Source: Firmicutes bacterium UBA4996
GTDB taxonomy: Bacteria; Bacillota; Limnochordia; Darwinibacteriales; Darwinibacteriaceae
NCBI GenBank assembly: GCA_002396805.1
Contig: DGYW01000058.1
Location: 45,591-109,590 of the forward strand
Length of the DNA stretch: 64,000 nt
Direction of reading: 5' to 3'
Every line of letters begins with the position of its first letter. Positions within the stretch are counted from its first letter, which is position 1. Below are positions 41,239-50,831 of the stretch, piece after piece. The position numbers and the translations under genes were made by a program. The notes beneath the pieces were generated by a model. That model searched no databases and had not been told where the DNA came from. It was given only the letters and a program-made list of their open reading frames with translations.

Positions 41239-42619
41239 TAAAGTTACTTTAGAGGATGTTCAAAAGTTTAGACAGATTTGTGATTCTCAGCGAGTTTTGT
41301 GGAAAGAGGCAATTTCACCAGATTATTCCCATGATGAGTTATCCTTAGAGCAGAATCCACCTGAAGTAGTTGTGTTGCCCAATTCCACTCAGGAAGTTTC
41401 GCAGATTCTTGCCTATTGCTCCAAACGTAACATTCCTGTTACACCTAGGGGAGCAGGCACTGGTCTTTGTGGTGGTGCCGTTCCCCTATATGGTGGAGTA
41501 GTTTTAGTCACAACAGAAATGAACAGGATTCTGGAGATCGATCAAGAAAACTTAATGGCAGTGGTAGAACCAGGTGTTCTACTCCTGGAGTTACAGAATA
41601 CCGTAGAAGAGTTGGGTCTGTTTTATCCGCCCGATCCTGGCGAAAAGACAGCCACTATTGGGGGAAACGTTAGTACCAATGCCGGTGGTATGCGAGCCAT
41701 CAAGTATGGCGTAACCCGGGACTTTGTTTTAGGGTTGGAAGCGGTCTTGCCCGATGGACGGATTATTGAGACTGGTGGCAAGGTTTATAAAAACAGTTCA
41801 GGTTATAGCCTGACGGATTTACTGATCGGGGCAGAGGGTACTTTAGCCGTAATTACCAAGATCATTTTGCGTCTCTTGCCGAAGCCTAGTCGCCAATTAT
41901 CCCTAGTGGTGCCCTTTGATGGTCTTTCACCAGCTGTAGCCGCGGTACCGAAAATATTGAGTGCTGGGGAAATCCCTTCCGCCTTAGAATTTTTCCAAAG
42001 AGAGGTTTTGGAGGCGGCTGAAAAGTATCTTGGGCGTAGTTTTCCCCATGGTGAGGCACCAGCCTACCTCATGTTAACCTTTTGGGGAACGGATGCGGTT
42101 GAATTGGAGAAGACGTATGAGCGAGTGGCGAGAGTTTGCCTTGATAATGGGGCCCATGATGTGCTCATTGCCCACACTGCTGATCGCCAGGAGGCTTTGT
42201 GGGAGAATCGTGGTGCTTTCTTAGAGGCTCTAAAGGGTATGGGTGAGCTAGATGAGGTCGATGTGGTGGTGCCTCCTAATCAAGTTGCGGCTTTTATTGA
42301 GTTCACAGAGGAACTACGCGTAGAATATCAGTTGCCCATCCTTAGTTTTGGTCATGCCGGTGATGGTAATCTCCATATTTACCTACTTCGAGATAAAATG
42401 GAGAGGGAGGCGTGGTTAGCTTTGACCCAACAAGCAATGAAAGAGATCTACGCCCACGCCAAGGAGTTGCAGGGATTGGTTTCTGGCGAGCATGGAATTG
42501 GTTTTGCAAAAAAACCCTACTTAGAGCAGGCACTTAGTCCGGCTGTCTTAGAGTTAATGCGCGCCATAAAGCTTGTGTTTGATCCAAATCAACTCATGAA
42601 TCCCGGTAAAGTGTGTTAG
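41228..42619 (+). CDS. FAD-binding oxidoreductase (GlcD / D-lactate dehydrogenase-like, LctD-like)
   Basis: PCMH-type FAD-binding domain (GAGTGLCGG) in a 463-aa protein coupled to etfBA. Confidence 0.8.
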   Translation: MPYNKVTLEDVQKFRQICDSQRVLWKEAISPDYSHDELSLEQNPPEVVVLPNSTQEVSQILAYCSKRNIPVTPRGAGTGLCGGAVPLYGGVVLVTTEMNRILEIDQENLMAVVEPGVLLLELQNTVEELGLFYPPDPGEKTATIGGNVSTNAGGMRAIKYGVTRDFVLGLEAVLPDGRIIETGGKVYKNSSGYSLTDLLIGAEGTLAVITKIILRLLPKPSRQLSLVVPFDGLSPAVAAVPKILSAGEIPSALEFFQREVLEAAEKYLGRSFPHGEAPAYLMLTFWGTDAVELEKTYERVARVCLDNGAHDVLIAHTADRQEALWENRGAFLEALKGMGELDEVDVVVPPNQVAAFIEFTEELRVEYQLPILSFGHAGDGNLHIYLLRDKMEREAWLALTQQAMKEIYAHAKELQGLVSGEHGIGFAKKPYLEQALSPAVLELMRAIKLVFDPNQLMNPGKVC

Positions 42620-42631
42620 GAGTGATTTAAG

Positions 42632-43894
42632 ATGAGTAAACTAGCCCTTCATGGCGGTACCCCTGTGCGCACTAAGCCTTGGGTATCTAAATACATGGGT
42701 AGTGAAGAATTGGGTGCAGAAGAAAAGACGAGAGTGCTCAAGGTCTTAGATAAAAAGCGGGTGTTCCGTTATTATCCGGTAGGACTTGAGGACTCTGAAA
42801 CCAGTATTTTAGAGCAAGAGTACAAAGATTTTCTCGGAACGGACTACGCCCTCGCGGTAAATTCGGGTACCTCGGCTTTAATTTGTGCCTTGATTGCCGC
42901 CGGTGTGGGTCCAGGTGATGAAGTAATTATCCCTGCCTATACCTGGGTAGCCACTGCAGCGGCTGTAGCCATTGTTAATGCGGTTCCTGTTTTAGCAGAA
43001 GTTGATACCAGTCTGACCCTTGATCCTAAAGATTTGGCACAGAGGATCACCCCCAGAACCAAGGCCATTATTGTAGTACATATGCGGGGAATATCTGCTG
43101 CCATGGACGAAATTCTGGAGATCGCCAGAAAGCACAATCTCATGGTCATTGAAGATGCAGCGCAGGCCAACGGTGGTACCTATCGAGGCAAAATGCTTGG
43201 TTCCATTGGTGACCTCGGTTGTTTTAGCCTACAACAATCTAAGGTGATCACCACTGGCGAAGGCGGTATGTTAGTCACTAACTCCGAGGAACTCTGGCAA
43301 CGGGCTGTTCTCTATCATGATGGGGCAGGCTATCAATTTCGTTTCATTGAGCGCAAGATTCCCGCTTTTCCTGGGCAAAATTATCGGTTGACTGAGCTTC
43401 AGGCAGCTCTTTCTTTAGGACAATTGGAGAAGATGCCTGCAATCCTGCAAAAAACCCACAGCACGAAGAAAAAACTTGTGCAGAAACTGCAAGAACAGCC
43501 GAAAATCGAATTATCCCCAGTTTTTGGGACAGAGCGGGATTTGGGTGTCAGCTTGATTTTCTATCTAGAAAATTCCCCAAAGGCTAAGGTAGTGGCGGAG
43601 GCGTTAACTGCTGAGGGCATCCCAGCTTTCCAAGTCTATGATCGGCAGGCTAATGATCAACACATTTACGTTAACTGGGAATTCCTTGTGGAACGACGGG
43701 ACCCCTGGGGTGGTAGTTATCCCTGGTCATCTCCAGCCTATGAAGGCAGTGTTGATTACTCGGAAGCTAGTTGCCCCTTTACTCTAGATTTGCTTAGCCG
43801 GTCAGTACAAATCCATCTCAACCACTTAGTAACTGATGAAGATGTGGATGACATTGTGTTGGCCATTAATAAAGTCGCGAATCACTTACTTTAA
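42632..43894 (+). CDS. DegT/DnrJ/EryC1/StrS family PLP-dependent aminotransferase
   Basis: Fold-type I sugar-aminotransferase-like motifs, including the conserved lysine region (FSLQQSKVITTGEGG). Confidence 0.65.
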   Translation: MSKLALHGGTPVRTKPWVSKYMGSEELGAEEKTRVLKVLDKKRVFRYYPVGLEDSETSILEQEYKDFLGTDYALAVNSGTSALICALIAAGVGPGDEVIIPAYTWVATAAAVAIVNAVPVLAEVDTSLTLDPKDLAQRITPRTKAIIVVHMRGISAAMDEILEIARKHNLMVIEDAAQANGGTYRGKMLGSIGDLGCFSLQQSKVITTGEGGMLVTNSEELWQRAVLYHDGAGYQFRFIERKIPAFPGQNYRLTELQAALSLGQLEKMPAILQKTHSTKKKLVQKLQEQPKIELSPVFGTERDLGVSLIFYLENSPKAKVVAEALTAEGIPAFQVYDRQANDQHIYVNWEFLVERRDPWGGSYPWSSPAYEGSVDYSEASCPFTLDLLSRSVQIHLNHLVTDEDVDDIVLAINKVANHLL

Positions 43895-43954
43895 TTTAGC
43901 TAGAAAACAGGTCAAGACTCCGCTGACCTGTTTTGCTGATCGGGAGGGTTTAAA

Positions 43955-44767
43955 GTGCAGTTCACTAAGTATCATGGGCTTGGAAATGACTTTATTTTTG
44001 TGGAAGACTTTGGAGGGAATCTCGTACCTAATGGCGAAAGTCTTGCTAAACTCATCTGCCACCGCCAATTTGGCATCGGTGCAGATGGTTTAGTGTTAGT
44101 TACTGGCGATGCTAGTCAGTACACCATGCGCATCTTTAACTCCGATGGTAGTGAAGCGGAAATGTGCGGTAACGCCATTCGTTGTATGGCTGATTACTTG
44201 TTAGAACATCGTTTGGCAACGGGACCTGTCTTGACTATCGGCACCATTAGCGGCCCTAAGGAGATTAGGGTTGCCGGTGATTTGTACGTGGTGGACATGG
44301 GAGAACCGGATTTTTCGTTCAATAAGGGAGAAATGGTAGAACTGGATTCCCATGGTGAAATTTGGACCGCCTATCCGGTTTCTATGGGTAACCCCCATGG
44401 CGTTGTGTTCGTTGAGGACATGGAGGAATTGGATTATTGTACTTGGGGTCCCCGTTTAGAAGCCCATTCTACTTGGCCCCACAAGGCCAATATTGAGTTT
44501 ACCCAAGTCTTAAGCTCAAATCATCTGAGTGTACGAGTATGGGAGAGGGGCGCAGGTCCCACCTTGGCTTGTGGCACAGGTGCCTGTGCTGCAGCGGTAG
44601 TGGCGAGCAAATTAGGTTTGGTTGATGCAGGACCAGTAAGGGTTACATTGCCGGGAGGGGACTTGTTGATTGAGTGGGCGGCTGATAATCGAGTCTTTAT
44701 GACTGGGCCTGCCACTAAAGTCTTTACCGGTGTAATTAATATCAATAATCTAGAAAGCGAGAGATAA
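43955..44767 (+). CDS. dapF: diaminopimelate epimerase
   Basis: N-terminal motif KYHGLGNDFIF and two catalytic Cys regions. Confidence 0.9.
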   Translation: MQFTKYHGLGNDFIFVEDFGGNLVPNGESLAKLICHRQFGIGADGLVLVTGDASQYTMRIFNSDGSEAEMCGNAIRCMADYLLEHRLATGPVLTIGTISGPKEIRVAGDLYVVDMGEPDFSFNKGEMVELDSHGEIWTAYPVSMGNPHGVVFVEDMEELDYCTWGPRLEAHSTWPHKANIEFTQVLSSNHLSVRVWERGAGPTLACGTGACAAAVVASKLGLVDAGPVRVTLPGGDLLIEWAADNRVFMTGPATKVFTGVININNLESER

Positions 44768-44769
44768 CT

Positions 44770-45480
44770 ATGTTAGTTGTAGCACACAGAGGATATTCGA
44801 GTAAAGCACCAGAAAACACCATGGCCGCTTTTGAAATGGCCTTGGACGTTGGTTCGGATGGTCTGGAGTTAGACGTTCACCTCACGAAGGATGGCGAAGT
44901 TGTCGTTATCCATGATCATACTTTAGAGAGGACTTCTAACGGTGTTGGTATAGTAGAGCAATATACTCTTGCGGAACTTCAGAAGTTAGATGCCGGTTCT
45001 TGGTTCTCTCCTGAATTTGCAGGAGAACGCCTACCAAGTCTGCGGGAAGTCTGCGAATTAGTTAAAGACAAGGATATCTTGTTTAATGTGGAGTTAAAGG
45101 TGGGTTTGGGTTTTGAGCAACTAAATGCTAAGGTTGCTGAACTTCTTGATGAATACGATCTGCACGAGAAGACTGTAATTTCTTCTTTTAATCATTATGC
45201 TCTGGTTCACTTTAAGCAAATTCGGCCTAAAACCCGTACGGGAATTCTCTATAGTGCTGCCCTGGTAAACCCTTGGGAATACGCAAAGAGTATTGGCGCC
45301 ACCGCTTTACACCCTAGTCACAAGGGTATCATCCCGGAGATTGTGAGCGGCGCTCAGCAAAGCGGCGTCATGGTTAACGTATGGACTGTGGATGCCCCTG
45401 TAGATATTGAACGGATGAAGATTGCTAAGGTAGATAGCATTATTACAAACGTTCCCGAAAGAGTGCAAGACCTACTGTAA
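44770..45480 (+). CDS. glycerophosphodiester phosphodiesterase (cytoplasmic UgpQ-like)
   Basis: GDPD motif HRGYS...PENT and no signal peptide. Confidence 0.8.
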   Translation: MLVVAHRGYSSKAPENTMAAFEMALDVGSDGLELDVHLTKDGEVVVIHDHTLERTSNGVGIVEQYTLAELQKLDAGSWFSPEFAGERLPSLREVCELVKDKDILFNVELKVGLGFEQLNAKVAELLDEYDLHEKTVISSFNHYALVHFKQIRPKTRTGILYSAALVNPWEYAKSIGATALHPSHKGIIPEIVSGAQQSGVMVNVWTVDAPVDIERMKIAKVDSIITNVPERVQDLL

Positions 45481-45492
45481 AGGGGGAGTTAG

Positions 45493-46200
45493 ATGGCCCT
45501 TAACCACCGTTTAGAAGAGTTGCAAATTGATAGTGATTGGATTTTGTCAGCGATAGGCGAAAACGTCATGATTTCCGACTTGAAACACAACCTGATTTGG
45601 ATGAGTGATGGAGCGAAGGAGCTCTTCACCGAAATGAGTTCTGCCACAAAGGTTACTCCGGATAGGATGATGGGCGCTAGTATTGGACCCTACCACAAGA
45701 ACTTTGCTAGGGTGGCCGCAATTCTCACTGATGTGAAGAAATTGCCCCACACTGGTTATGTGCAAATTGGTAGTTTCTACGCTCGGCTGACCGCTGCCGC
45801 GATCCGCAATCCCGAAGGTAGACATGTTGGTAATGTGGTGGTATGGCGAGATATCACGGAGGAAAAACGTCTAGAACTAGAAATTAAGGATGCTTACGAG
45901 AAAGTACAAGAGGAGCAGGAACTATCCCAAAAGATGGTGGAAGATTTAGCCCTCATCCCAGATAAAATCGCCCATTTGGTGAATTCTATTACGGCCATTG
46001 CTAAGCAGACCAATTTAGTGGCCTTAAACGCTTCTATTGAGGCGGCCAGAGCCGGCGAGCATGGTCGAGGTTTTGAGATTGTGGCCCAGGAGATTCGCAA
46101 GCTGTCAGATGGTTCCACAGATGCAGCCAATAAAGTCCAAGAGGCAATTGATGAGGTTAATACACTAATTCAGAGAATTTTGGATTTGCAACAAGGATAA
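45493..46200 (+). CDS. soluble PAS-domain protein fused to only the conserved tip of a methyl-accepting chemotaxis protein (MCP) signalling domain
   Basis: C-terminus [31 protein letters not shown] is the highly conserved MCP hairpin tip. The full protein is only 235 aa. Confidence 0.6.
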   Translation: MALNHRLEELQIDSDWILSAIGENVMISDLKHNLIWMSDGAKELFTEMSSATKVTPDRMMGASIGPYHKNFARVAAILTDVKKLPHTGYVQIGSFYARLTAAAIRNPEGRHVGNVVVWRDITEEKRLELEIKDAYEKVQEEQELSQKMVEDLALIPDKIAHLVNSITAIAKQTNLVALNASIEAARAGEHGRGFEIVAQEIRKLSDGSTDAANKVQEAIDEVNTLIQRILDLQQG

Positions 46201-46241
46201 GGAGTGGCCCCGCCACTCCTTTTTAGGATCAATTCCGGGAG

Positions 46242-47150
46242 GTGGAGATTATGGCTGTTATTGAAGTGGTGGAATTGAAAAAGAGATTTGGGGACTTTTT
46301 TGCTCTAGATGGAGTTAATTTAACGGTAGAAAAAGGCGAGATTTACGGATTTATTGGACCCAACGGCGCCGGTAAGACCACCACGATCAGAATACTTTTG
46401 GGTATGCTCCAGGCGACTTCTGGTCAAGCACTTGTTTTTGGTCAGGATGCTTGGTCTGACGCGCTGAAAATTCATGAGCGGGTAGCCTACGTGCCAGGAG
46501 AAGTCAGCTTGTGGCCTAACTTGACTGGAGGCGAAGTTATTGATTTCTTCATGCGCCTCAGGGGTAGGCAAGCGAATAACCGTCGTGACGAACTTATTGA
46601 AAGGTTTGATCTAGATCCTTCCAAAAAGTGCCGGACATATTCTAAGGGGAACCGCCAAAAGGTGGCTTTAATTGCCGCTTTTGCTTCTGAGGCCGATTTC
46701 TATATTTTAGACGAGCCAACATCGGGTTTGGATCCTCTCATGGAACATGTTTTTCAAGACTGTATTCGTGAGGCCAAGAAACAGGGGAAGAGTATATTGC
46801 TCTCGAGCCACATTCTCTCTGAAGTGGAGAAGCTTTGCGACCGAGTGAGCATCATCAGAAGTGGGCAGATCATTGAAAGTGGTACACTAGATGAACTGCG
46901 CCACCTTACTCGAACGGCGATTAAGGTAACAACCAGGTCCCCTCTAAAGGGCTTGGCAGACTTTCCAGGGGTGCACGATCTGCAGGACAATCGCGGTGTT
47001 ACTCACTTTGCGGTGGATGGAGAGGCGTTGGGCGCTGTAATAGAACATCTAAGTAAATTTGGAATTAGCCAACTGGAGAGTGCACCACCTACGCTTGAAG
47101 ATCTCTTTCTTCATCACTATCAGGGGGCGGGAGGACCAGAGAATGGCTAG
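46242..47150 (+). CDS. ABC transporter ATP-binding protein
   Basis: Walker A GPNGAGKTT, signature YSKGNRQKV and Walker B ILDEPTSGLD. Confidence 0.85.
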   Translation: MEIMAVIEVVELKKRFGDFFALDGVNLTVEKGEIYGFIGPNGAGKTTTIRILLGMLQATSGQALVFGQDAWSDALKIHERVAYVPGEVSLWPNLTGGEVIDFFMRLRGRQANNRRDELIERFDLDPSKKCRTYSKGNRQKVALIAAFASEADFYILDEPTSGLDPLMEHVFQDCIREAKKQGKSILLSSHILSEVEKLCDRVSIIRSGQIIESGTLDELRHLTRTAIKVTTRSPLKGLADFPGVHDLQDNRGVTHFAVDGEALGAVIEHLSKFGISQLESAPPTLEDLFLHHYQGAGGPENG

Positions 47151-48747
47151 AGATCTGTTTGTCCGTTTAAGGCATCTTGGTCTATTTATTCTGCGTAGGG
47201 ATAGGCTCCAGCTAGCCATCTGGATTTTTGCCATAGCTTCGCTTAATGTTATGGTGGCTCTTGCTTATGATGGCCTGTATCAAAATGCTGTAGAGCGGGC
47301 AACCATGGCGGAAATTATGCAGAATCCCGCGATGACATTCATGCTTGGGCCGGGTTATGGGTTGGATGACTATACAATAGGTGCCATGATGGGGCACCAA
47401 ATGCTTCTTTTTTCGGCTTTGGGTGTGGCTATCATGAATATTCTTTTAGTTGCGAGACATTCAAGGGCCGATGAAGAGGCCGGGCGCACCGAGTTAATTC
47501 GTTCTTTGCCAGTAGGTAGATTAGCAAGTTTGGGAGCTATTTTAGTCGTTGCAGTATTGGTAAATATTGGATTAGCATTGGTTGTGAGTTTTAGTTTGTT
47601 TGCTTGTCAAGTGGAATCGGTTACTCTTGCGGGCTCTCTCCTCTACGGCTTTCTTTTGGGAGTGGTGGGTTTTCTTTTCGCGGCAATTACCGCGTTGCTT
47701 GCGCAAATGACAGAGAGCTCCCGAGGTACATTGGGCTATTCTCTTGCAGCTTTGGGCCTATGCTATATTGTGCGGGGAGTAGGCGATGTGAGTAGTGAGC
47801 TTTTGGCTATACTGTCCCCATTAGGGATGATCCTGCGAGCTCAAGTTTATGTGAATAATCTGTGGTGGCCGGTGTATTCAGTTACGATTCTAGGGATAAT
47901 ATTCGCGGGTGGCGCCTTTTTCATAAATTCACGCAGAGATTTGGGTGGCGGATTAATCTCGGCCCGACCAGGACGCACTACTGCTTCTACTTTTTTGCGT
48001 GGTCCCTTCGGTCTAGCATTAAACTTGCAACAAACTACCATTATTGCTTGGTTAGTGGGACTCTTTCTTTTAGGTTTGAGTTATGGTTCTGTCTTCGGTG
48101 ACGTGGAGCTTTTTCTTGAAGGTAATGAGTTTCTCCGGGATATTCTGCCTATGGCTCTAGGCTTCACTCTGACAGAGCAATTCCTTGCTTTGTTAATGTC
48201 CATTCTTGCCATGTTAGCTACCGTTCCGGCCCTGTTAGTGTTGCTTAAAGTGCGGGCTGAGGAGGGGGACACACATGTGGAGCAGGTATTAGCAACAGCC
48301 ATATCCAGAACTCGAATATTATTGAGTTTTGTGTCCTTAGGGGTTGTGGTAGGACTTCTGAGTCTGGTTTTGTCGGGGCTGGGCCTTTGGTTGGCGGCCA
48401 ATGGAGTAATGGATGAGTCTATTTCGGTAATGACGATTATGCAAGCTAGCTTGGCCCAATTTCCCGCGATTCTTGTTATGCTAGCTCTGGCTACTTTTTT
48501 GTTTGGCTGGTGGCCTCAATACATTAACTTAGTGTGGTTGTATTTTGCTTACTCCTTGTTTACGGTCTATTTTGGCGTATTGCTAAAGTTGCCTACCTGG
48601 TTAAAACGACTTTCTCCTTTTGGAGTGTTGCCCCAGATGCCTATTGAACCTTTCGAGCCTATAGTGGCGCTTTGGCTTATTGCCTTTTTTGTGATTGTAT
48701 TGCTGTTGGGATTAAAGGGATTCACAAGGCGCGATTTGAACAACTAA
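47143..48747 (+). CDS. ABC-2 family permease (start ATG 47143 overlaps the upstream stop)
   Basis: Polytopic membrane protein of about 534 aa, coupled to the ATPase. Confidence 0.7.
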   Translation: MARDLFVRLRHLGLFILRRDRLQLAIWIFAIASLNVMVALAYDGLYQNAVERATMAEIMQNPAMTFMLGPGYGLDDYTIGAMMGHQMLLFSALGVAIMNILLVARHSRADEEAGRTELIRSLPVGRLASLGAILVVAVLVNIGLALVVSFSLFACQVESVTLAGSLLYGFLLGVVGFLFAAITALLAQMTESSRGTLGYSLAALGLCYIVRGVGDVSSELLAILSPLGMILRAQVYVNNLWWPVYSVTILGIIFAGGAFFINSRRDLGGGLISARPGRTTASTFLRGPFGLALNLQQTTIIAWLVGLFLLGLSYGSVFGDVELFLEGNEFLRDILPMALGFTLTEQFLALLMSILAMLATVPALLVLLKVRAEEGDTHVEQVLATAISRTRILLSFVSLGVVVGLLSLVLSGLGLWLAANGVMDESISVMTIMQASLAQFPAILVMLALATFLFGWWPQYINLVWLYFAYSLFTVYFGVLLKLPTWLKRLSPFGVLPQMPIEPFEPIVALWLIAFFVIVLLLGLKGFTRRDLNN

Positions 48748-48791
48748 AAAACAAGAGCAGCTCTATTTCTAGAACTGGCTCTTGTTTTTTT
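48746..48791. terminator. bidirectional terminator between the permease gene and the M42 peptidase gene
   Basis: Stem ACAAGAGC...GCTCTTGT flanked by an A-run and a T-run. Confidence 0.65.
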
Positions 48792-48807
48792 AGCTTTGTG
48801 AACGGAA

Positions 48808-49806
48808 TTAGACAACTCCGCCAAGGTCTGTGCCGGCTAAGGCCACTACTAGGTCCACACAGGCTTGCACATCACGTACGTCCACCATTTCGGAAGGTGA
48901 ATGGACATAACGGGTGGGAATGGAGATAGCTCCTGAGGGAATCCCTGCCTTAGTCAGGTGAATTGCTCCTGCATCTGTTCCACCAGCATCTAATACTTCC
49001 ATTTGATAAGGGATGCTATTTTTCTCTGCCAAATCAATAAGTAGTTCCTTGACCTTAGGATGGACAAGAAGGGAGGAGTCTTTAACCTTAATGGCGGCCC
49101 CTTTTCCTAAAGAGACTTCCATCCGTCTTGCTTCAGGCATATCACCTGTCAAAGTCACATCGAGGGCGATGCCCAGATCAGGTTCTAAGCCATAAGCAGA
49201 AGTTCTTGCTCCCCTGAGACCAACTTCCTCTTGAGTGGTGAAGACGAAGTAGAGGGTGTTAAGGGGTTTTTCTAGCTTCTTGAGGGCTTCTACCAATACG
49301 GCACACCCAACGCGGTCATCCATGCTTTTGGCGATGAGGCGATTTCCTAAATCTGTGAATTCCCGATGGAAGATTCCAAATTCGCCAACGGAGACTAGTT
49401 TTTGGGCTTCTTCTTTGTTGTCGGCTCCTAGATCAATGTATAACTTATCGAGATTGAGTTCTTTCCAATCACCTTTTTCTTGGTAGATCACGCCAATCGC
49501 ACCACTGGCAAAGCGGACCCGGTTGCCCACCAGGGTGGAAATTCCTACGCCTCCTACATTGGAGAAACGGAGGAAACCCTGATCATCTATGTGGGTCACG
49601 ATCACGCCGATTTCATCGGTATGGGCTGCGAACATGATCGTTTTACCGTTTTCTTGACCTCGCTTAATTGCGATTAGATTACCCATGACATCGGTCCTAA
49701 TCTCGTCCACATGATCTTTTACCATGGTCTTGATTAAATCCGTGACTTCCGTTTCAAAACCAGATGGCCCAAAGGCCTCGGTTAATCGTTGAATAACTGT
49801 CTTCAT
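48808..49806 (-). CDS. M42 family metallopeptidase (TET aminopeptidase / FrvX-like), copy 1 of 3
   Basis: M42 metal-binding motifs (HTDEIG, TTQEEVGLRGA). Confidence 0.85.
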   Translation of the reverse strand: MKTVIQRLTEAFGPSGFETEVTDLIKTMVKDHVDEIRTDVMGNLIAIKRGQENGKTIMFAAHTDEIGVIVTHIDDQGFLRFSNVGGVGISTLVGNRVRFASGAIGVIYQEKGDWKELNLDKLYIDLGADNKEEAQKLVSVGEFGIFHREFTDLGNRLIAKSMDDRVGCAVLVEALKKLEKPLNTLYFVFTTQEEVGLRGARTSAYGLEPDLGIALDVTLTGDMPEARRMEVSLGKGAAIKVKDSSLLVHPKVKELLIDLAEKNSIPYQMEVLDAGGTDAGAIHLTKAGIPSGAISIPTRYVHSPSEMVDVRDVQACVDLVVALAGTDLGGVV

Positions 49807-49811
49807 GTAGA

Positions 49812-50831
49812 TTATCCCTCCCTTTCTTGGAGACGCCGTAAGTAGTTCTTAACTAGTTGATAAACACCGTCAAAGTCGTCTTGACTCATGACCGATACTG
49901 GTGAGTGGATATAGCGACAAGGCACCGCAATGGTGGCCACTTTGGCACCCTCTTTGGTTAGCTGAATTCTTCCCGCATCTGTTCCACCAGTATTGGTACG
50001 GCGTACTTGTACTGGAATATTTTCTTCTTTTGCGATCCGAAATAACTCTCGTACAAGTGGTGGATGGGGAATAGTGGCTCGATCCATCACCGTAATGGCC
50101 GGTCCTTTTCCTACAGAAGTGGCGTGTTTGTGCTCCTTTGTTTCGGGCACATCAGAAGCGGTGGTGCCTTCTAGAATTAGGGCAATATCTGGCTCGATTT
50201 GATACGCAGCTACACCTGCTCCCCTTAGACCAACTTCTTCTTGTACTGTGAAAGCGGCAATTAAGGGAAAAGTAACCTCTTCTTGGAACAACCTGATGGC
50301 CAGTGCACAACCGACTCGGTCGTCTAGGGCTTTCGCTTTCACTTTGTTGTGACCAAATTCCTCATATTTAGTAGTGAAGTAAGCGATATCGCCTAATTTG
50401 ACTAGACGTTCCGCTTCTTCTTTACTTTTTGCTCCAATATCAATCAATAGTTCTTGGATGGTCAGGGCCCTCTGGCGCTCTTCGGGGCGTTGGAGATGAA
50501 TAGGCTTACTACCAATGACTCCATTAACCTTTTTAGATCCCACTACTACAGTCTTGGCCACTAATACCCTAGGATCGACACCACCAATTGGCCTGAATTT
50601 CAGATAGCCATTACTTTCGATACCTACAATCATGAGAGCCACCTCGTCCATGTGGGCAGCTAACATCACCCGTGGGCCAGGGGCATTGGCATTTTTAATG
50701 GCTAGCAAGTTTCCCAAAGCGTCTGTTTTAATTTCGTCGGCGTGGGGCGCAATCTCGCTACGGATTAAATCCCGCACTTCACCTTCTTGCCCAGGTGCGC
50801 CACACACTTCTGTTAAGCGGGCTAGAAGCAT
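49812..50831 (-). CDS. M42 family metallopeptidase, copy 2 of 3
   Basis: HMDEVA and TVQEEVGLRGA motifs. Confidence 0.85.
   Translation of the reverse strand: MLLARLTEVCGAPGQEGEVRDLIRSEIAPHADEIKTDALGNLLAIKNANAPGPRVMLAAHMDEVALMIVGIESNGYLKFRPIGGVDPRVLVAKTVVVGSKKVNGVIGSKPIHLQRPEERQRALTIQELLIDIGAKSKEEAERLVKLGDIAYFTTKYEEFGHNKVKAKALDDRVGCALAIRLFQEEVTFPLIAAFTVQEEVGLRGAGVAAYQIEPDIALILEGTTASDVPETKEHKHATSVGKGPAITVMDRATIPHPPLVRELFRIAKEENIPVQVRRTNTGGTDAGRIQLTKEGAKVATIAVPCRYIHSPVSVMSQDDFDGVYQLVKNYLRRLQEREG

Noticed and set aside
47604-48401. Several 60-106-aa ORFs inside the ABC-2 permease gene
   Set aside because: These are shadow ORFs within a long hydrophobic coding region.
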